Below, in pieces: positions 51,501 to 58,410 of a DNA stretch of 64,000 bases. The stretch's first letter is position 1. Each line of letters begins with the position of its first letter. This stretch comes from Andalucia godoyi And28 (Eukaryota > Protista > Jakobida). A program made the position numbers and the translations under genes. The stretch spans positions 139,544 through 203,543 of the forward strand of contig VRVR01000023.1 in assembly GCA_009859145.1 (NCBI GenBank), in the 5' to 3' direction. The notes below the pieces were generated by a model. That model saw nothing but the letters and a program-made list of their open reading frames with translations. It did no database searches and was not told the DNA's origin.

Positions 51501-52575
51501 CGGTATAAGAAAAATTCATGGAAGGAGAGAATGGGTATTGCACCAGCGTCCCGGGAGTCCATACTGAAATGTCTCGTTTCGAAGCAATCGCCAACATACC
51601 GCGTCGGGATGCACACAAAAGCAAAATCTTAGAACTGTGGTACCAGAGAAGATCCACATCAAATGAGACTGGAATGACATGTCCATGAGCGTCCAGCTTA
51701 AAGAGCCTTCTCTTGTCTGTTGCCACCAAAAATCCCTGTTGCTGATCGAAACACTCAGCCGAACACATTGCCACCAGCCTGTATCCATCCAAGAAGGCAT
51801 TCCACCTCCACTGTTCCTTGATAGATTCGTGCCGAGCCTCCCCAACGTGTATGTCGTACGCAATGACGCGATGCGTAAACATGAACACAACCGTTCGCGA
51901 ACTATACAAGTAGCTGCGAAAGGGTGCATAGTGGTGTTCGGGAGGAAATGTGTATGTCCTTTGATGCAAGTTTTCTCTGTGCACAATTGCAACAAACCTG
52001 CTGTCAGACGACGGCTCTCTCCCGTCACCACCACCACTACTCCTACCCACATTCACGCTTGACGGATCTTGCTGCAACAATGGCGCATCCACTTCATCAA
52101 TACCAATATCACTGGTGTTGGCGTACTGCTGCGCAGGGGACGATACTTCCATCGTCGACACGGGAACTAAAATCTGAAATCCATGAGGCAGAACCAGCAT
52201 CGCATTCTGTCCGTTTGTCTGTGCTATGATATCAATCCACTTCGGAGTTGTCGTTTCTGGAGATCTGTCTCGAAACCTCGAAACGAGAGATACCAAAGAT
52301 GCGACTTGGAGGAACGCGCGCTTGAAAAACGACGGACTCTTCAACGACGAATACGCTTCAAAATACTTTTTTCTTTCTGAAATCGGCTCAGTATTTGAGT
52401 TCCGTTGCGAAGACACAGAATCCGTGCCGTCATGGCCACCAGACGCAATGAACTGAGCAAGTGCAGTTGAGAAGAATGACGACTCTTCCGATTGGATCAG
52501 CGACACATCGTCAGCGGACAGCACTGGGACTGGATGGACGGGATGATGCTCATGCACTTGAAACAGTAGCGACAT
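48541..52575 (-). CDS. Large beta-propeller/alpha-solenoid protein, NBAS/ROD(KNTC1)-like
   Basis: YEASLALCRKYDVDEEPVHQ resembles NBAS YEEALxLAxxYxLDxDLVYQ; beta-rich N-half, helical C-half. Confidence 0.5.
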   Translation of the reverse strand: MSLLFQVHEHHPVHPVPVLSADDVSLIQSEESSFFSTALAQFIASGGHDGTDSVSSQRNSNTEPISERKKYFEAYSSLKSPSFFKRAFLQVASLVSLVSRFRDRSPETTTPKWIDIIAQTNGQNAMLVLPHGFQILVPVSTMEVSSPAQQYANTSDIGIDEVDAPLLQQDPSSVNVGRSSGGGDGREPSSDSRFVAIVHRENLHQRTYTFPPEHHYAPFRSYLYSSRTVVFMFTHRVIAYDIHVGEARHESIKEQWRWNAFLDGYRLVAMCSAECFDQQQGFLVATDKRRLFKLDAHGHVIPVSFDVDLLWYHSSKILLLCASRRGMLAIASKRDISVWTPGTLVQYPFSPSMNFSYTVHVPAPIKRISVDETSGNLVVLTMDGQLKMYDTSTKSFTLMDSDGVDDFCVVFGTSIVYSKAGKLLVRDPQLNSLVEIETTGRPFVLADSHSSVRSEDSSHFMWLLGSLESGNVLAERIDRHTPISLLDVLLKSGSYEASLALCRKYDVDEEPVHQAIITQTSLRIEGVATRVLTMDHISSLRKLRNEKLVSRFLLESVGSSLDSENAILSLARERRVRYPNESQLRDTLRILLSAVGDHVSSSNSYPEGIMGVFADVFVLLQHGKSWCEAFARVLMNRQEFAVLRKLVSEFPDAIPVIVNHILPNDQMNDWVDLLDSAARESIAVRWARDWSSVFLASFLVDPTSSFFRPFQILRILAIRFPSLELDQLNALDEWKLVDMYVERTLSGLLAVPELLVHLQHGEVALFEYLKSDITLVNSLVMHTHFPAILAKFGTFLSFDGLQHLIVDTIASLSDSKLETYLLEANNIIEVVGDDDLAASARRKIARAQLRKRVSGARWASDWEVIVQEAQRLTLLHCRSPAGDQADAEWKCLVKLWQTVIAGCAVSPLPVKGSLLQDSTWKHLLQSLEAAEAAVLFSSLYPSLHFHQLNNHTGMTAERQEENEAGAEGAEEDDEKDESPHNLEYWNAVADRRFALLNCPTSVLGTIAIPEASSSDHTVGEIVGNLVRNDRISEADVLRLTNSLEYIDFGPAFFEHIVSSCPASEQAIMQYRKRLQLLSPIGWQSLTDEGLLKCLSRVSGDELRKRIDKAGVVGARIASGWSSSRVFAIAAISTNDSHWIAEIKDARELCRVLEECFRDLSPERAALASTVCSIEKKLDAKTIRPMICPGDSPIERHASSLVLAMLAQEDCTNHLVQLARASAWEWIVCVLQPSSIISDCRAVVQACAPCFLLTCYLVLLPYDASFLPDVVRLVKDHGKQRWIPATSQMIVDRTSVLQDEEVDVDVVLRIHGDVASFPRLSSRAHHQLLEGRNASIAHIFEDDGV

Positions 52576-52918
52576 ATTCTTCCTCCGCTTTCTCAACGCA
52601 AAAAAAACAAACTCAAAACCCCCCTCCGAGAACCCTTTCACGCTACGATCCCCACCCCTCCTCTTGGTCTTCCTGTCTCACGCTGCTCCCAAGTTCAAAA
52701 AAAGCCCCAGCGTTCAACACTCAGAAAGCTCAGACTGCACAGCTCCCCCAAAGCTCAAAGGTGGACGAACTACAGTGCTTTGAAATTCGCCATTTGTCGA
52801 CACTCCACAGCTCAGCTTTTTCGAGGATTGGCTTCTCGTTTTGCTGACGAATCCTTTCGAACGCTGCTTGGCTCGTTTCACTGATCGATTTATCGTTCGA
52901 GATTCTTTATTCTTATTC

Positions 52919-52951
<33 letters not shown>

Positions 52952-52981
52952 GCAGGAAACCGCGTATCAGGAGAGAAAAAA

Positions 52982-53173
52982 ATGGATTTCATCAAGGGAG
53001 AAGTGAAGAAGCGAATTGTGACAAAGGCGTTTACCGAGGTAAAGAAGGACCCGCAAAAGGCCGTCGAGACTGTCCACAAACTCACAGATCCAAAGAGCTT
53101 AGTCGCGGGTGCTCTCGGTGCGGCTACTGGACTCTCGGGCATGGCAAAGGGTCTTACGGGCGCAAAGCCATAA
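52982..53173 (+). CDS. Small hypothetical protein (63 aa)
   Basis: ATG ORF with coding-like composition between two larger genes. Confidence 0.5.
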   Translation: MDFIKGEVKKRIVTKAFTEVKKDPQKAVETVHKLTDPKSLVAGALGAATGLSGMAKGLTGAKP

Positions 53174-53372
53174 AGGCCGTCGAGAGTCGACTCTTCCTGG
53201 GCTCCTAATGGTAACCTTCGTTTTCAGCGGCAAAATATGGGCGTTTTTTAAATTTGTGTGTATCATGTCGATGAAGCCCGTAAACAGTTTTCTTCTCCTT
53301 CTTCTTCTTCTTCCACTTCTACTACTTCTTACGGCTGCCCCCGATTATTTACTATTGGTTTTCACGGTCCCG

Positions 53373-54566
53373 TTAGGAACCAAGAGAATTTTTCATGTCG
53401 GCGACAATGGTGTCGGTGTGGCATGCAAACTTCCAAAATCCGACACGCTCTTCGGCGGAGCCTGATGGATCGATTCCCACGGCCGGAAACGCAATTCCAA
53501 CTCCGTACATACCGGGAACCATCTTGATTTGGCCGCACTGAGAATCATAAGAAACGCTATGCGCAGCAAGGTATGTCGAACCGCAAGAGATTGCTGGAAG
53601 AGGCGACCGTTCATAGCCAACGGCGAAACAAATCAGACTGCACTGCTCAAGTTCTGCAAGTTCTGTCTGCTTGTCCTTCATGCGCACGATTCGCAAGTTG
53701 GGTGACACATCGTGTACGAGAAGATTTTTTGATGGATCCAGAACTACGTCCATGGCGTCTTGCACATGGTCTCGCGCCCACGTTGCGGCAACGCCTTTCA
53801 ACCCCGTGTTGTCATGGACAATCGTGCCATCCGGAAGGTATGTTGCGTATCTCAGCTGCGAGCGCACAAACCACGATATGTGCACATTGAGCTCCGACGC
53901 TAACGTGAGGATATTGCGAAGCACCAGGATCCCCGAATGCGAGGCACCAACGACTGCAATTCGAACAGGACGGGGCTGAGACTTCTGGAGACGTTCTCGA
54001 AGCACCAATTCCAGCTTTGAGGGTGCGAGCGCAATGTCCAGTGGCAGCGCTTGCAATTCCGGGTGTCTTACGATCATCGAATCAAGCACCTTAGGTTGTG
54101 ACCCTGTGGCAAGAATGACGCATTTTGCTGCAATTCGCTCTCCAGAATCACATGCCAAATGCCAAAGCTGCAAATTCTCTTCATGAGTGATGGAACTGAC
54201 TGTGCATTCCAATGAAGCAATGCGTTTTTCAGACGCCCGAATTGCAGCGGACAACTCGCATACAAGATCGGCTGCCAGACCGAGCGTGCACGTCTCGGAT
54301 TGATCCTGAGCCAACATTGTGCGAAACGCAGCACAATTCCTGGAGCTAGCATTCAGGCATTCCGACTGCGTAACATACTTTGTGAAGAGCCCTGCTTTTG
54401 TGTTCGAAGGAACTTCGCGATATGCCTTGCCGACTCGCCCAGACTGAAATCCCGCAGCGTCAATCCACGCAAAGGTTGCATGTGCAGGAAACGAATCCAC
54501 CAGTTTCGAAATCATGGCAAGACCCGCTGGGCCACCACCGATGACTGCAGTGTGCACGCTCAGCAT
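53373..54566 (-). CDS. FAD/NAD(P)-dependent pyridine nucleotide-disulphide oxidoreductase family protein
   Basis: VIGGGPAG, ILATGS, VVGASHSG, FAVGY. Confidence 0.8.
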   Translation of the reverse strand: MLSVHTAVIGGGPAGLAMISKLVDSFPAHATFAWIDAAGFQSGRVGKAYREVPSNTKAGLFTKYVTQSECLNASSRNCAAFRTMLAQDQSETCTLGLAADLVCELSAAIRASEKRIASLECTVSSITHEENLQLWHLACDSGERIAAKCVILATGSQPKVLDSMIVRHPELQALPLDIALAPSKLELVLRERLQKSQPRPVRIAVVGASHSGILVLRNILTLASELNVHISWFVRSQLRYATYLPDGTIVHDNTGLKGVAATWARDHVQDAMDVVLDPSKNLLVHDVSPNLRIVRMKDKQTELAELEQCSLICFAVGYERSPLPAISCGSTYLAAHSVSYDSQCGQIKMVPGMYGVGIAFPAVGIDPSGSAEERVGFWKFACHTDTIVADMKNSLGS

Positions 54567-54601
54567 AGCTCGAATTCAGTTGTGCTACAGAAAGTGTGTG
54601 T

Positions 54602-54604
<3 letters not shown>

Positions 54605-54682
<78 letters not shown>
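54605..54682 (+). repeat. (AG)39 microsatellite in the divergent intergenic region
   Basis: Perfect dinucleotide run read directly. Confidence 0.95.
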
Positions 54683-54687
<5 letters not shown>

Positions 54688-54959
54688 ATGCGACGACGAC
54701 GACGACTTTCACCTTGAAACACTCTTTGTTTGCTGTGAACCATACAGCCCAAACACAGCCCACGAACCATCCGCATCGGATCCGATCTCCCGAATCGAAA
54801 GGAGCGTTGCTTTGTCTGGAGCGGGCATTTTTTCGGGGAATGGATTTCCGGAATCTTCCGAAAAGCCCCGACAAGCGAGCCTCCTCTGTTGGATGACCCG
54901 AGACAGCCAACAGGTCCTTCCATCTTTGCTTGGAGTCTCGTGTACCACATGCGTAACAG

Positions 54960-56063
54960 ATGCGCATAGCAGTTGTCGGCTCAGGATTCGGAGGTTCTTC
55001 GATTGCGTATCACGTCCTCAACAACGCGTTTGCAGGATGCAGGAGCCCCGCGGTCACCCTTCTGCACAAGGGAAACGGTGATAAGCACCGCGCAGCTTGT
55101 GCATCTCTGGTGTCTGGCGGCCTCCTGCATCCCTTCACAGGCCCAAGAGCCAGTCCTTCCTGTGAAACAATGGAGTGCTTTCGTGATGCAGCAGTGTTTC
55201 TAGAAACGATCCAAGCATTGTCTTCTGTTTCGTTTGCAAAGCGAACCGAATTGCTGAAAATCGTTCCGATGTGGAGACTTCGTCCTGCGAAACGTGTCGA
55301 ACAGAACAGTTTGTTTAAAGACGCAGCAAAAAGGCATCCCGCGAGCTTGCTGTATTTGGAGAGCGTCAAGGATTGGATCCCAGATATGCAAATGGACTGT
55401 CCCGGAATACTGGTGCGTGATGCATTCTCTGTGAATGCCCCAAAGTACCTCCGAGCTCTTCACCGCGTACTGCAATCGCAGGGTTGCACATTTAAAGAGG
55501 AGAGTATCTGCAGTATCACTAATCTGTCGAACACACATGACCACGTATTTGTTGCATGCGGCAGTGGATTCACTGGAATTGCGGAACTTGCACGGCTCTC
55601 GGCGGAGCTCAAGCTCATCAAAGGCCAAACAGTGTTCTGGACAGAAAGGCATGTTAAGCAGGGAAGCAGCCCATCGATTCCTGTATTTGCACGATTTTAT
55701 TTGCATGAAGCGCCTTTTGCGGATGATACAGAGGAAGGAATGCGGTTGATGATTGGGGGAAGCACCTACGAAGAAGTAGACTCGCTGGTAGCATCCTACG
55801 AACCGCAGGAAAACAGCAGTACCAGGGAACTGCAGCATTCTTTGAAGATCATGCACCCAGAATACAGCCGGATTCCAGAAACAGCAAAGATCTGGAAAAG
55901 CGGTGTACGAGTGGCACACAGGACATCCCATTTGCCCTTGTGCGGTCGCCTCGAAGGCCCGCTGTCCAACGTCTCCTATCTTGTTGGCTTTGGATCCCGA
56001 GGACTCCTGTACCACAGTTCGTGGGGTCGAAAGGTCGTAGCGGAGGCATTTTCAACAAAATAA
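54960..56063 (+). CDS. FAD-dependent oxidoreductase, DAO/glycine oxidase-like
   Basis: RIAVVGSGFGG, ASLVSGGLLHP, KGQ, GVR, GFGSRGLL. Confidence 0.8.
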   Translation: MRIAVVGSGFGGSSIAYHVLNNAFAGCRSPAVTLLHKGNGDKHRAACASLVSGGLLHPFTGPRASPSCETMECFRDAAVFLETIQALSSVSFAKRTELLKIVPMWRLRPAKRVEQNSLFKDAAKRHPASLLYLESVKDWIPDMQMDCPGILVRDAFSVNAPKYLRALHRVLQSQGCTFKEESICSITNLSNTHDHVFVACGSGFTGIAELARLSAELKLIKGQTVFWTERHVKQGSSPSIPVFARFYLHEAPFADDTEEGMRLMIGGSTYEEVDSLVASYEPQENSSTRELQHSLKIMHPEYSRIPETAKIWKSGVRVAHRTSHLPLCGRLEGPLSNVSYLVGFGSRGLLYHSSWGRKVVAEAFSTK

Positions 56064-56207
56064 TGGCAAAAGGTAGAAAGTGAAAACAGCTGCATCTCTC
56101 GAGTGCGGTAAACCTTTCCAAACACGCGATTTTTTCGACCGGACAGTACCGGACAGCATGAGAGAGAAAGAGAGAAGGGGGAAAGAAAACTAGGGACGAT
56201 CGTCCAT

Positions 56208-56793
56208 CACCTCGGCATTAAACGATGCGCCTTTCCAGCATGGTCATAGTCTCCGCGTGCCTTTGCAAAAGCATCGGAATTCGTCTTTGCAAATTCAACG
56301 ACCTACGTGATTAACAATATCAGAAGGGAAAAAGACACGTTAGAAAAAGTGTTCCAAGCGCGGAAAAGGAAAACAATATAAATCGACATCTTGAAGCAGT
56401 AAACAAATCAGGACGAGGAATTGCGATATCCACATTCTTATCTCTCGGAATATTGGTCTTCATATCTTTAGGTCATCATTTTCTGAACTTGCCAAAAGAG
56501 TCGATCCAGAGGGAGGGGGGAGTGGAAAGGATGGAAGGGACGGCAAGGAAGAGATTACATACAATTTGCTCAGAGAGAAAGGACAACCCGTTCAAATGCG
56601 ATACGGCATGCGCAGCTTCAGCGTGTGCAGAATAGACGACAAAGGCCTGACCTTTCATCTTTTCCGACTTCTTCGTCACGATATCCAGAATTCTCCCAGA
56701 ATGCGAGAACAGCATGTACAGCAACTCTCGAAGTGTTCGCAGAGGAACGCGATCCGACAAGTTTTTGACATACACAGTGGTGCTTGATTCCAT
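56208..56793 (-). CDS. U1A/U2B''-like single-RRM snRNP protein, two exons (56793-56563; 56302-56208)
   Basis: TVYVKNL, KMKGQAFVV; GTATGT...CTAAC...TAG intron 56562-56303 joins to VVEFAKTNSD. Confidence 0.8.
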
Positions 56794-57046
56794 GATTTTT
56801 CTTAGGCCATCTTTTCCAAAAACAAGTTAAACGAGAGAAGACCAAACACGAGAAGGAAATAACAAAAATTAAATATACATTTAAAAAAAGAGGAAAGGAT
56901 AGCAACGTGGAAACAGGAAACTGACCGCGAAAAAATACTGGGGAAAGAAAGCCAGAAGTGTCAGTGTGCTGACTGGGTGTGTCAGCCTGTCACTTGATGG
57001 AGGGCAACGACTACGACTGCAGAAAGGCGCGTCCTTTGGTGATGTT

Positions 57047-57473
57047 CGCCTACATTATACCCTGAACATGCATATCTACGAATAGACATGCATCCCGTTG
57101 CCGAGCAGGGGATAGGCCCCAGCACGCCTCACGGCGCTCTTCAGATAAATGTTCCGCACTCCGTTCCCAATCTCGATCAATCTGCGAGCTGCACGCGGGA
57201 CGTGCAAATACTTTGCTTGCGCCGCTCGCGATACTCGGTCGCCTTATGGAACAAACGTTGCAAAGAGAGAAACCAACGAATGATAGAATAGATGGCTACG
57301 GATGCTGCGTTAAAGAGTGTCGAAAATGCGGAGCGTGTGTCACAGGCTGAATTTTGGCCGAGCGTGCGTAAGCACGAATTCCCTGTGAAACGAACGTGCT
57401 GGTGTCGGCCAGTGTCGACCGTGTCTGCTTATGTGTACTTTCGCATGCATGACAACGACGTGTTATTATTCAA
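57047..57473 (-). mobile_element. Non-autonomous Fanzor2 element, family B copy 3 (427 bp)
   Basis: CCG (minus strand, 57476-57474) then TTGAATAATAACAC; right end GGTATAATGTAGGCG; QRLFHKATEY and Zn finger/RuvC-III remnants. Confidence 0.9.
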
Positions 57474-57577
57474 CGGCAGAAAAAACAGCATCAAAGACGA
57501 AGCACACAGACTGATACGTGCTTGAAACCAGTTTGGGCAAGATAGTATAGAGGCCCTTTTTTTCCTTCTCGCGCTTG

Positions 57578-58321
57578 ATGAAGATTCGTGGGTTGCTGCT
57601 TGATGTAGACGGGCTTTTGGTGGATTCCGAGCCACACTCGTGCAGATCGTGGAATGATGTTTTCGAGTTGTTTTATGACGTGGATGTCGGAGACGATTAT
57701 TCGCAGATATATGGCACCTCAGCGAAAGAGACGCTGCGTTTCTACAGCGAAGCGCATGGATTAGATTTCGGTTCCATGGACATCGCAAAATTGGAAAAGG
57801 CAAAGGATGAGTTCTACATCAAGCGAGCGAGCGGCAAGCTGAAAGCGTTTGACGGCGCCCTTCACATTATTGAAAAGGTCGGGCACGTTTTTGCGAATCC
57901 GACGGAACAACCGGAAGCAGACGGAAATGTAGATAAGATGTGGATTGCGGTTGCCAGTTCTGGCTCGCCCGAAAAGATTGCATTTAATCTTGCACAGTCA
58001 GGCCTGCTGAGTGCGTTGCAGCAGCTGAATGCCCCCTTGGTTTCCGCGAAGTCGATGCGAGGCAAGCCGCATCCAGACGTGTTTGTTGCAGCCGCAAAAG
58101 CGATTGGGCTGTCTCCGTCCGAGTGCTTGGTGCTGGAAGACGCCAAGACTGGAATCGAAGCGGCCCGTAGCGCCGGATGCCGTGTGGTTGCAGTTGCATC
58201 GACGTTTTCCGCGGATAGTCTCAACGACCACGGCAAGGCGGATTGCGTCGTCCCCAGTCTCCGATACCTAGCCGACCATTGGAATGAGGTGGTTGCAGAA
58301 GTTTCTGCGAAAACAGCGTGA
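57578..58321 (+). CDS. HAD-IA family hydrolase (beta-PGM/CbbY-like)
   Basis: LLDVDGLLVDSE, VASS, GKPHPD, LEDAKTGIEAA. Confidence 0.9.
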   Translation: MKIRGLLLDVDGLLVDSEPHSCRSWNDVFELFYDVDVGDDYSQIYGTSAKETLRFYSEAHGLDFGSMDIAKLEKAKDEFYIKRASGKLKAFDGALHIIEKVGHVFANPTEQPEADGNVDKMWIAVASSGSPEKIAFNLAQSGLLSALQQLNAPLVSAKSMRGKPHPDVFVAAAKAIGLSPSECLVLEDAKTGIEAARSAGCRVVAVASTFSADSLNDHGKADCVVPSLRYLADHWNEVVAEVSAKTA

Positions 58322-58410
58322 TGAAGGGGGCCGACTCTGACGCTGACGTCCGCGCCTTTTAACTGCATTCAGCTTTTTTCATGCACTGCAATCGTCGGTA
58401 ACGGGTTTCT

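Noticed and set aside
7940-57473. Classical MITE (terminal inverted repeat) interpretation of the repeats
   Set aside because: Ends are asymmetric, with no TIRs and no target duplication beyond the shared CG
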